Shown here: positions 36,424 to 46,600 of the stretch, piece after piece
Layout: the number at the start of each line of letters is the position of its first letter
Position numbering within the stretch: position 1 is the first letter of the stretch
From: Candidatus Gastranaerophilales bacterium HUM_9
Lineage (GTDB): Bacteria > Cyanobacteriota > Vampirovibrionia > Gastranaerophilales > Gastranaerophilaceae
Assembly (NCBI GenBank): GCA_002103075.1
Contig: DABG01000018.1
Coordinates: 400,836 to 464,835 of the forward strand
Direction: 5' to 3'
Length of the DNA stretch: 64,000 nucleotides
Program-made: the position numbers and the translations under genes
Notes under the pieces: model-generated
The model's database searches: none
What the model was told of the DNA's origin: nothing
The model's input: the letters and a program-made list of their open reading frames with translations, nothing else

Positions 36424-37506
36424 CTAGTTTTTCTCATTTTTCACGGTTGTATTGCTATTTGTTTTGGAATTTGCATTATTTTCAGTATTAGCATTGTTCT
36501 TTTTGTCGTTTCTGTAACCTATACCTGTTCTGTAACCAGAAATGCCGTAAAGAATAGGTAGGGCAGGTTCTATCCATTTTAGACCAGACATAACTGCAAT
36601 TGTTGCAATGTCGTCTGAGTGTAAACAGATATCAAGTGCTTCTGGTTTGCGTTCGTCTTGTTTAGATTTTTGACCTTTATCAAAGATAGGGTTTATGAAA
36701 TTTCTTCCGATAAAGTTAGCGATTTTGCTACCGCCAACAATTCCTGTTGCTACAATACCTGTAACCATACCGACTACACGTGCTGCTTTTGATTTGATAT
36801 TCATCTTTTCTAATCCTGCAAGTGCAAGACCGGCTCCAACGTTGCATAAGAAGATGTTTGCTAGATATTGATAAGAACCCTCTTTTACTCTATCTGCCAT
36901 TTTGTTTTTGTCTACTTTTTTCTCTGTTAAGACATCGCCTGTTATCCCACCTGCTGTTCCACCAACGATTGGAATGAATCCGTATAGTGATAGTCTTCCG
37001 ATTTCGTTTTTAATATCTTTTGCTGTGATGTTATCAGGCTCTGGGATAAGTTTGTTGAATAATTTTTTACCTTTTGGAGTTTGAGATAATTCGTTATTCA
37101 GAGTTTTTACTTCTTTAAATTTTAAAACTTTTGATTTTGCCTTTTCTAATAAGTTAAGTCCTTCGTTTGATAGGTTGTGTCCTTCTTCTGTAGCTGATTT
37201 GACAAATGAATCAACAGCTTGAGTATTGTTTTTAATTATTTCAGCTGTGCGATATTTTTGATAAGGGAGCCTAAGAATTTTGGCTGAAAGTTTTGGTGCA
37301 TAAAGTGATGAAACGGTTGTTGCTGTTAGAACTGATGCTGTTCTTATTGCTGTTTCTTTTTTCTTTTCTTGAGGTGCTTTTCTAATTTCGTTTGCTCCAT
37401 AAACTGTTGCACCGCTTATAAAGATTGGTGCTACTGCTTTTTTGTAGTTTTCTACCAATAATGGTTGGTCAAGATATTTCCCTAAAGTTTTAATTCCACT
37501 AATCAT
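36424..37506 (-). CDS. Hypothetical membrane protein with glycine-zipper-like segments
   Basis: A 360-aa ORF with hydrophobic G-rich segments (GFIPIVGGTAGGITG, VGMVTGIVATGIVGG). It overlaps the upstream DtxR-family gene by 8 nt. Confidence 0.6.
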   Translation of the reverse strand: MISGIKTLGKYLDQPLLVENYKKAVAPIFISGATVYGANEIRKAPQEKKKETAIRTASVLTATTVSSLYAPKLSAKILRLPYQKYRTAEIIKNNTQAVDSFVKSATEEGHNLSNEGLNLLEKAKSKVLKFKEVKTLNNELSQTPKGKKLFNKLIPEPDNITAKDIKNEIGRLSLYGFIPIVGGTAGGITGDVLTEKKVDKNKMADRVKEGSYQYLANIFLCNVGAGLALAGLEKMNIKSKAARVVGMVTGIVATGIVGGSKIANFIGRNFINPIFDKGQKSKQDERKPEALDICLHSDDIATIAVMSGLKWIEPALPILYGISGYRTGIGYRNDKKNNANTENNANSKTNSNTTVKNEKN

Positions 37507-37873
37507 TTAAAAACCTCTTTAATTGTGTGAATGCGTTTTCTGTAATAACGTGTTCAATTCTACAAGCGTTTTCTGTTGCTTCTTTTTTTGATAGTTTCAA
37601 GATTTTTTCAAAAAACGTTGTTAGGATTTGATGTTTTTCGATAACGGTTTGAGATTTTTCAATGCCGGTATCTAAAAGATTTATTTTGCCATAGCGTTCA
37701 TAACTGATATAACCTTTGCTTGCAAGTCTTTTAAGTGCATCTGTTACAGAAGCTCTTGAAACATTCAATTCTCTAGATATATCAATTGCTTTTACAGAAC
37801 CTTTATTTTGTATATTGTTGTAAATACATTCAAGATAATCTTCTAATCCTGAGCTTAATCGGTTTTCAACCAT
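37499..37873 (-). CDS. DtxR/MntR-family metal-dependent transcriptional regulator (DNA-binding and dimerisation core only)
   Basis: LEDYLECIY...ISRELNVSRASVTDALKRLASKGYI...EKHQILTTF is present. The track ORF starts at a GTG at 37891; I prefer the ATG at 37873. Confidence 0.85.
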   Translation of the reverse strand: MVENRLSSGLEDYLECIYNNIQNKGSVKAIDISRELNVSRASVTDALKRLASKGYISYERYGKINLLDTGIEKSQTVIEKHQILTTFFEKILKLSKKEATENACRIEHVITENAFTQLKRFLND

Positions 37874-37894
37874 AAAATCCCCATCTTGCACATT

Positions 37895-37912
37895 TGTTAG
37901 CCTTTTCTAACA
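37895..37912. promoter_or_regulatory. Candidate operator palindrome upstream of the DtxR-family gene
   Basis: TGTTAG-cctttt-CTAACA is a perfect 6-bp inverted repeat containing GTTAGCC, as in the DtxR box core. It lies directly upstream of the regulator start. Confidence 0.4.
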
Positions 37913-37964
37913 TTATAAGTACCAAGAACAAAATTAAATGTCAAGTATGTCTAACATTTTTCAT

Positions 37965-38062
37965 GGAATTGTTGTTCAGACGGTATGAATGATATTTTGT
38001 GTTAATAGAACCGTACTTCTGGATTATCACGGCTCTCACTACGTTTGAGCCTCGCAATGACG
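37965..38062. repeat. Mosaic extragenic repeat cluster G (degenerate)
   Basis: ttctggattatcacggctctcactacgtttgagcctcgcaatgacg resembles ttctggattaccacgtcgcttcgctcctcgtaatgacg at 54916..54953. Confidence 0.65.
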
Positions 38063-38064
38063 AA

Positions 38065-38103
38065 TAAAAAAGAGTAATGCCCGAGCTTCGCTCGGGCATT
38101 ACT
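38065..38103 (-). terminator. Rho-independent terminator of the 133-aa gene
   Basis: A 13-bp stem agtaatgcccgag/ctcgggcattact, with a T-run on the minus strand. Confidence 0.85.
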
Positions 38104-38135
38104 TGTATAAAAATTTTAAATTTCAGCTTTAAGTT

Positions 38136-38537
38136 TTATTCAGCATCTAATCTTTTTTCAAAATCGTCGTCGTCGTCATCTTCTTCTTCTTTTTTGATTT
38201 CTTCGACAACCATTTTTGCCATTTCAACTGCGATAACTTTTCTTGTTTCTTCTGGGCAGTTTTGAAGCATGCTTATTGCGGTTCTTAGGGTTTCGTCGAT
38301 ATCATACCAACGGTTACGTTTTTGGGTTGCCAAGTCAACTTCTGTAGCGTTTATGATGTCAGTTACTTCTTCATATTCTGAATCTGCAATATTGTGTTCA
38401 GTAATAATCTTAATCAAGTTCAATGCAATCTTGATTTGAGTATCGTCATTAGATTCTTCTAATGTTTTCATAGCAGAAGACAATACAGGATCTTGGTCAT
38501 ACCAACGTCTTGTGCTTGTTGTAAATTCTTCTTTCAT
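38136..38537 (-). CDS. Hypothetical acidic protein with internal duplication and poly-Asp tail
   Basis: Two repeats occur, RRWYDQDPVLSSAMKTLEE and NRWYDIDETLRTAISMLQN. The C-terminus contains EEEDDDDDD. Confidence 0.6.
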   Translation of the reverse strand: MKEEFTTSTRRWYDQDPVLSSAMKTLEESNDDTQIKIALNLIKIITEHNIADSEYEEVTDIINATEVDLATQKRNRWYDIDETLRTAISMLQNCPEETRKVIAVEMAKMVVEEIKKEEEDDDDDDFEKRLDAE

Positions 38538-38726
38538 ACTAATTCTCCTATAATGTTTTCGACCACAAATGAATTATACAATATTAGTGAATATTTGTAA
38601 AATGTTTATATTTAAGTTACACTTTCTTAAGAAATACGAATAGTTTGGATAAAAATAAGAAAACAAATCAGGCATGAGCTGATTTATAAATTATCCATTT
38701 ATTAAAGAAAGAACGGAGTTTTTGTT

Positions 38727-39740
38727 ATGTTAATAATCATGCGTGAGCACGTAAGCCAAGAATGTATTGATAAAGTTGTAAGTTTTATTGAATCAAAAGG
38801 TTTTAAAGCACATATATCTGTTGGTGAAGTACAAACTATTATTGGTGCAATCGGTTCAACAAGCATTGACCCACGTAATATAGAACTCCTAGAGGGTGTA
38901 CAAGAAGTAGTTAAAATTTCTTCTGGATACAAGTTGACTAGTCGAATTTTTAAACCGGAAGACACTGTTATTGAAGTAAATGGTGTTAAATTTGGTGGTG
39001 GTAATGTTGGTTTGATAGCTGGTCCTTGTACTGTTGAAAGTTATGAGCAAATGGATAAGACTGCTGATGAGTTGATGAAGTCAAATGTAAAAATTTTGCG
39101 TGGCGGTGCATTTAAACCAAGAACTTCGCCTTATGCTTTTCAAGGTTTAGGTGAAGAGGGTTTGAAGATGATGAGAAGTGTTGCTGACAATCATGGCATG
39201 GCTGTAACTTCTGAAATCATGGAGAATTCGCAGATTGATATGTTTGAAAAGTATGTTGATATTTTGCAGATTGGTGCGAGAAACATGCAAAACTATAATT
39301 TGTTAAAAGATATGGGAAAAGTTGATAAGCCGATTATCTTGAAACGTGGTTTGTCAGCAACATTTGAAGAATGGCTTTTGTCTGCTGAATATATTGTATC
39401 AAGTGGTAACCCTAATGTAATTTTATGTGAAAGAGGGATAAGAACCTTTGAAAAATACACAAGAAACACACTTGATTTATCTGCAATTCCTGTTATAAAA
39501 AAACTTAGTCATTTACCGATTATAACAGACCCAAGCCACGGTACTGGTTTGAGAGATAAGGTTGCTCCTATGTCTAGAGCAAGTGTTGCAGCTGGTTGTG
39601 ATGGCTTGTTGATTGAGGTTCACTATGATGCTGATAACGCTATGTGTGACGGTGCTCAATCATTATATCCTGATGAGTACCACGAATTGTACGAAGATTT
39701 AAAACAGATTGCTCCTGTTGTTCATAAGACAATATTGTAG
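38727..39740 (+). CDS. aroF: 3-deoxy-7-phosphoheptulonate (DAHP) synthase, type I-beta with N-terminal ferredoxin-like regulatory domain
   Basis: An N-terminal domain of about 70 aa resembles that of Thermotoga DAH7PS. It is followed by GPCTVES, KPRTSPYAFQGLG and DPSHGTG. Confidence 0.9.
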   Translation: MLIIMREHVSQECIDKVVSFIESKGFKAHISVGEVQTIIGAIGSTSIDPRNIELLEGVQEVVKISSGYKLTSRIFKPEDTVIEVNGVKFGGGNVGLIAGPCTVESYEQMDKTADELMKSNVKILRGGAFKPRTSPYAFQGLGEEGLKMMRSVADNHGMAVTSEIMENSQIDMFEKYVDILQIGARNMQNYNLLKDMGKVDKPIILKRGLSATFEEWLLSAEYIVSSGNPNVILCERGIRTFEKYTRNTLDLSAIPVIKKLSHLPIITDPSHGTGLRDKVAPMSRASVAAGCDGLLIEVHYDADNAMCDGAQSLYPDEYHELYEDLKQIAPVVHKTIL

Positions 39741-39769
39741 TGAAGGGATAAATTTCTGTTAAGACTAAT

Positions 39770-40148
39770 CGTCATTGTGAACGATTGAACGGTTTGTAGA
39801 ATTGTAGGTTGGGGTTTCTACCCCAACAATAATATGTACTGGGGGATCCTGAAATAAATTCCACTACTGTCCATGATAATTTTTATTCGTCATTGCGAAC
39901 GATTGAACAGTTTGCAAAGTAGTAAGTGCGGCAATCCATAAACCAACAGTTCTGCATGCTCAGGGGGATTCTTCGGTCGTTACACTCCCTCTGAATGACA
40001 GTCTGGGTGCGTCATTCAGAGCGTGCTGTAAATATTCTGTATCGAAAGCGTGGAATCTCTGCAAAAAGTTAAGGAGACCCTGAAACGAGTTCAGGGTGAC
40101 TAGAACTAAATAATAGTAGTCATTCCGAACTTGTTTTGGAATCCCTGT
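39770..40148. repeat. Mosaic extragenic palindromic repeat cluster H (largest array of modules)
   Basis: Order: W-unit, G hairpin (loop variant ttct), X module (inverted), W-unit, S, R, hairpin gaCCCTGAAacgagTTCAGGGtgac, hairpin gtcattccgaacttgttttggaatccctg. Confidence 0.92.
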
Positions 40149-40688
40149 GTAGATATAACGCATTATGCATTATAAATTAAAATAAAATTATTAAAAATCG
40201 CAAAAAAAAAACCACTCTTTTGATTGAGTGGATTGCTTTCTGCATCCTAATGGTCTTTTAGTGTTTATTATATTTTATTTTTTAGGAGTTCAAAACAATT
40301 GCGTTTTTTATTATTTAGTGTTTTATATACACTTAAAGCGTGTACATTTATAATTATGCCATATTATTTGAGAATGTCAACACTTTCTTTTAATTAAATT
40401 TGTTTTTTTGAAAAATTCAGTAGCAATGCAGGTTCTGGACTTAATAAAACTTAATAAAACTGAATAATGAGTGTAAAAATGACACTGTTTAATCTATGAA
40501 TGATAAAATTGGGGGATTTGTAACATTTTGTGATTTTTTAATTGAGTCTACATTATGGTAATGCTCTCTTTTTTTCAACTCCCTGAAACCATGTGATTAT
40601 AACTATTTGTAACAATTTTTTAGTAAACTAACAAACTTTTTTTTTGAGGTTCATTTGTATAACAACGGAAAAATGAAAAGGACCAACT

Positions 40689-43600
40689 ATGCGTATAAAT
40701 TCAATTAATTCAACTACTCCCAAATTTAAAAGTGTTAGAGAAGACAGAAATACAACTTCTCAATTAAGTAAAAACAATGATTATTCGTTAACTGAACCAA
40801 ATCAAAGACGAATAAATAAGGCTATTGAGAATTTGGCAAAACAGCGTGGTGAAGAAAATATCAAGTTCTTGTTAAATGTTGGTGAGAATTTAACGTATCA
40901 AACAAATATTCCTGATGCTAAACCTACTAAAAATGAGTGGCGTTCAAAACTAAAAGATGCTACAGAAAAATCTTTGGCAATATCAGATCCTATCTTGAAG
41001 TCTAAATATGAATCTGAAATTTCAAGAGTATTTGACGAACCTAAGAAATTGTCTGATGATGAAAAATCTATTCTTGAACATAAGAAATCAATCATGTCAC
41101 GTGTAGATTTAGATAGTATAAAATCTAATCCAAATGAAAATATTAGAAATTTAGAAAAGAACATGGACTACTTCATATCTTCTACAGAAACTCCAATCAA
41201 GCAAAAAGCCTATGTTATGGAACGTTTAGATTATATGATGAGTCCTGATTATCATATTAATCCTCAGTTAAAAGATAAAAAAACTCAAGTTTTGGCTGAA
41301 ATGATGAACGATATGGTTATTAATACACCAGAATCAAAAGTTCCAAACATGAAAGCTGTAAACCAAAAAACTCACGGTATGTGTGCAGCTATCTCAATCG
41401 CAAGAAAAGCTGTAGCGTATGAAGATAAACCTGATTATGTAGATACATTGATGTCTGAACTTGATGATACAAATAAAGTAATGGTTTACGATAGACACAA
41501 CATTGGTAGTGGAAAACGTGTTCCAGTTGAAAAAACTGCTGTAGATTTTGATTATGCTCAAGATAAAGGTTACAGAATTATTGACGCATCTACTCTTCAA
41601 TGGATGGGTATTGCTGGCATGTACGGTAATAAGAGTGAAAAACTTCACGATTTCTTCGCTTTTGATAAAAATAATTTTGATGCGTTCCACGATTCATTCT
41701 TTATGAAGACTATTAACAAAGATGATTTGAAAACAAAACATTGTTACTTCCAATCTTTAACTAAAGCAAAAGATGAAATCGGTAGTGTTAAAGCTGATAA
41801 AACTCTTAAAAATATGGAAGTTAAATCAAGAAACCATAATAACGAAGAAAGTATAAAATTAATTCAAAAATATAATGATGATACGATGAAAAATATTAAG
41901 GAAATCGTTCCTGATATTTCAAAAGAAGAGCTTCGTGAAGATATAAATAATCTTGCAAAACTTTATGCTCCATCATCAGAAAAATTAGAAAAACATTCTG
42001 AAGATATAAAAGGATATAGTTTTATTCCAAACGAAGAAAAAACTCAAAAAGAGAAAAAAGTAAAAGCATATTTTGTGGATAAATATGCAGAAAGAATTTC
42101 TGATAAAGATTCAAAAGACAATATTTCTAATCTTGTTTCAAACATAGAAACAGTTCATTCATTGGAAAATTCTTTGTCAACTTCAAAACCTTTATCATCA
42201 AAAATTGGTCAAGCGAGAAAGCTATATAATGCTGAATCAGCATACAGAGCAAGTATTGCTACAGGACTTAGAGATGATGATATTTTAACAGACTATCTTA
42301 TCCATTATAATATTCCAGATAGACAAACAAGAATTTCTGACGGTTATCAAACCGTAATTGATAGAATTACTAAAAAAGATGATAAAAAATTATTAAATCA
42401 TTATACAACCGTATTTGGTTTAGAGCCAGATGATAAAGAGGGTGCAATAGAATCATTAAAAGCGGTTAAAAAATCTGTTGACACTATTCAAACAGCTGGT
42501 ATTGATGATTTGTATACAAGAATGGGTATTGGTACAAGAAAATATTTGTTGATGAGTGAAATAAATTCTGTAAAAACTCTTGTTGAAGATGGCGATAAGG
42601 CAGAATTGAAACGTATTTCATCAACAATGGGTATGAAACCTGATAAAAAAGCTGTGACTAAAGAACTTTCTAAAATGGAAGACTCTTTATTGAAATCATC
42701 AGATGAAAAAGTTTATAAACACGTATTTAATAAAATGGGCTACAAAGATGAAGTAATAAACTTTGTTGATGTATATGGAATGTTCGTTGCGAAATTGAAT
42801 GACCAAGATGATCCGATGTCAGCAGCAGCATATTTGCAATCATTTAAAAATACAAATGGATTAGCAGAAGATGCTTCTCCTGAAGAATTAACAAATGCTA
42901 TCAATGGTATCGGACAAACATTTAATATCTATTCTCAAACATTAGAAAATGCAGAAATGTTGTTGAATGTTGCAAATGATGACGGTACAGCTTATTTCAC
43001 AGTTGATGGCCCACAAGTTGTTATGAAAAAAATGGAGAATGAGGGTAAACTTGTTCCTGCAAAAGATATGAGAATGTTACAAACAAGATTTAATAAAATT
43101 GACAAAATTCGTTCTTCTGACGAGTTTTCAAGCAGACAAGGAAAGATTTCTGATCCATCATTATATAAATTGTCTAACTCAGAAAAAGCTGCGGTTAAAC
43201 AAATAAACGGCAAAATAAACATGATGTATTCTGATACAGTAAAAGAATATGAAAACATGTTTAAAACAATAAGAGAACCATTAGAAAAACATATTAGATA
43301 TATTGGTACAAACGAAGGTACTTATTGGGTTGGTTCAGACGGTCACAGTGGTTTAAGCAGTTCTCAACAAGTTAAGATTATTGAACAAATGACAGATAAA
43401 CCATATCAAGCTGTATCAAATATTGAAGGTGCAATTGAGCAAATCAAAAACACAGAGCATTCTGGTGTATCTTCAACAAGTGTATTCAATGACAAACATG
43501 GCTGGCATGCTCAATATATTGCTGACGTAAATGAAGTTGGTAAAGATGGTAGAACTGCAATGTTCCACGATAACACTTGGGGTGCATCTGAACACGAAAA

Positions 43601-46600
43601 TACTTGGGTTGATTCAGAAGGATTAACAAGAACAGATTATTCTGATAATCGTGGTGGTGAATTTGGTTATATCACAAATGATGATTGGAGAAATGGTAAC
43701 TATGTTGACAACTTAACTAGAAAAGCAGGTCATATTACTCCACACGATATTGATAACAAAATGTATAAAAAACTAAGACCAGCAGGAGAAGAATACGATT
43801 TCTCTACAATTTCAGATATTATTGTCCTTGGGGAAAGTAATACTTATAAAGATATTGCTGCATCTATCAAAGATACAATATTTGTTCCTGATTCAGTATT
43901 CTTGCCTACATTGAAAAAAGAAGCTAGTCAAATGACAACAAGGGAAATCCAAAAGGCTATCTTTAAAAATGATTCTGCAGGATTAGGTTATCACGCAAAA
44001 TTTGATAAAATGGATAAACGTATCAAAGGTGATAGCTTGCACGACGGTATCAAAACATTAGAAGATTATAACAAGTTATCTGATAATGACCCGATTAAAA
44101 TAACTTTTGAAAAAGCTGCAATCAAGTTAGCATATAGTGACGCTTCTATGTACAAAGAACTTGGTAAAGCTACTACAATGAAAGAAGTTCAAAAAGTTAA
44201 ACAAGAACAAAGAAAAGAAGCAATTAAAAACTTTGATTATTCATTCGGTAAATCAGAAGAAACTTTGACATATTTAGCAAAAGAACATAGAACTGATATT
44301 GCAAATATTGTTGTAAACGCTTTGAAAAACAATAATATAGATGCAAATAAAGGTATTGATATCGTTAAAAACGTAGTAGTTTTTGAAAACGAAGATGAAA
44401 AAGCTAAATTCACAGGTAGCGTAAAAGATACTATCAAGTTTGTATTAGACAAGACATCAAAACAATTTGATGCAGCTGTAGATGATTCAGAAGATTCAAG
44501 AAAAGCAAAAGCTGAAATAATGACTAGTATGAAAGCTATGTTAGAAGATTCTTTATACTTCAATAAAGAAGATTTGAACGCAAAAGGTTCAAAAATCAGA
44601 GGTATAAGAAACTGGATTGATACTAAGTTTAATCCGAAATCTGACGAAGAATTTGTACAAATTTATAGAAATCTTCAAGATATGCCTGCTAAAGATTTTG
44701 AAAAAGTTAGAGCAGATGTAACTGACAAACAATTGGGTATGTCTGAACAAACAGGATTTGATGTATTGCAAAAATACAATGCGGCAAATGATGAAGCAGA
44801 ATCAACAGTAAAAAATATCTTGTTCTATGAAGAATATACTAAGGACTTGCAAGAAAGTAAGTTGAAAACAACTTATAAGTATAACAAACTTGAACGTAAG
44901 ACAAGAGGTGCTGTTTACGTTGGTGAAAGAACTTTTGATGATTTGTATCGTTCGATGAAGTTTACTTTAAGCAGTGTAACTTATGAAAAAATGTTCAACA
45001 AGTATAAAGATAGAAATATCAAAAAATACGGTGCATTCCCAGCATATCCAAAACTTGATATGAGTAATAACAAAGGTATTCAATCTCAAGTTGATTTGTT
45101 GAACGACAAAGTTAATTCTTTAATGACAGATATTATTCAAAAGAAAAATATTAAACGTGATTATGAAATCTCAGACGAGATGAAGAATTATGTATCACAA
45201 ATGAACCCTGAAATGAAACCAACTGCAACTGAACGTAAGTATATGCAAAAGTTGGCAGGTGAATTTATCACATTGAATATGAATGATGAAAGTATCCCTG
45301 CTTCTACTGAAGCTGCATATAATTTGTTAGATATGGATAGGGATACAACTTATGCAGATTTGAAATCAAATGCAGATGTTATTATCAACGAATTTGAAGC
45401 AATTAAAAAAGCTAATGCAAGCGTTGATTTAGATGAATATACAAAGAATTTGAGCAAGGCATTAGATAATTATACTAATACAATTATTGATGTTGGTATT
45501 CCACCAAAATATCAAAGAAAACTAAAAGAAGATGCTAAAATTTGGCAAACACTTGAGTTTAAACTTGCTACTGATTCAGGTAAACAGTCAAATGACTTGC
45601 AACAATTGAAATCTAAGATAAAGGCAGGTTCAATCAATTATGGTTCTGAAAAGCAACTTAATAGTTTTGAAAAAATTCAAGATATGGTTATTAAAACAAG
45701 CAAGTTGAATAAATCAGATGCTAAAAAGGTTGATGAGTCTGGTTATAAGCCATTAGACATTGCTATGTCTAAGAAAGATGCAGATTTAAAGAAAGCAAGA
45801 GTTGCTGAAAAACAAGCTGAAATCTCAGAAGCAATCGATAGATATGTAAATAAATATATTAAAGAAGATTCTAGAGATAACATAAAAGCAAATATGGCTG
45901 ATTGGGCGAATAAAGAAATTCGTGGTGGAAATCGTCGTAAGGTAACTGAAGACGAAGTTGTTGAAGCTAGAGAAAAATTCGCAGATGATTATTATAAATA
46001 TCATTTGACTAATAACCCAATTGAATTATTGGATAGATACTTGTTATTGACAGCGAAAGATGCAAAAGAAAAATATCCAAATTCAGCAAGTAACGCTGTT
46101 TCTTATGAACGAGTTTTATCAGATGAATTGAGTTTAACAAGATATGTAGAAATTCAAGACGCTCTAATGGAAGCAGTTCATGAGGGTAACCCAGCTCACG
46201 TAAAACATTATTTTGATGATTATACAATTGATGCAGATAATAAAGTGAGCATGAATAGTGATGAAGCAATTAGTCACATGGTTGTAAGTTTGTTGATGGA
46301 AGATAACACTAAGCCGGCTAAGATGTTTGTTGAAAAACTTGGACTTGGTGACAGAGTTATGGATATTGAAACAAAAGTTCTTCATGATGCAAAACCAAAA
46401 AAACAAGTTGATAAATTGGCAAAAACATTGAGATCAATTGGTCAATTCCAATCTACTGCAAATAGTGAGTTTGAGGAATTGATGAATAGAATTACTGATT
46501 CAGATAATCCAGATGCTGAAATTGAAACAATGAAGCAAAATATCTTGAAAAACTTGCGTGGCATGCCAAAGAACAGCAAGGTAGTAAAAGCATATTTTGC

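Noticed and set aside
38158-38190. Trinucleotide run (tcg tcg tcg tcg tca tct tct tct tc) as a possible microsatellite or phase-variation tract
   Set aside because: It is the coding sequence, on the minus strand, for the E/D-rich tail of the 133-aa protein. It is short and imperfect, and length changes in multiples of three would not shift the frame.
39960-40163. ORF 39960..40163(-), 67 aa
   Set aside because: It lies inside repeat cluster H (S, R and hairpin modules) and is a repeat-derived open frame, not a gene.
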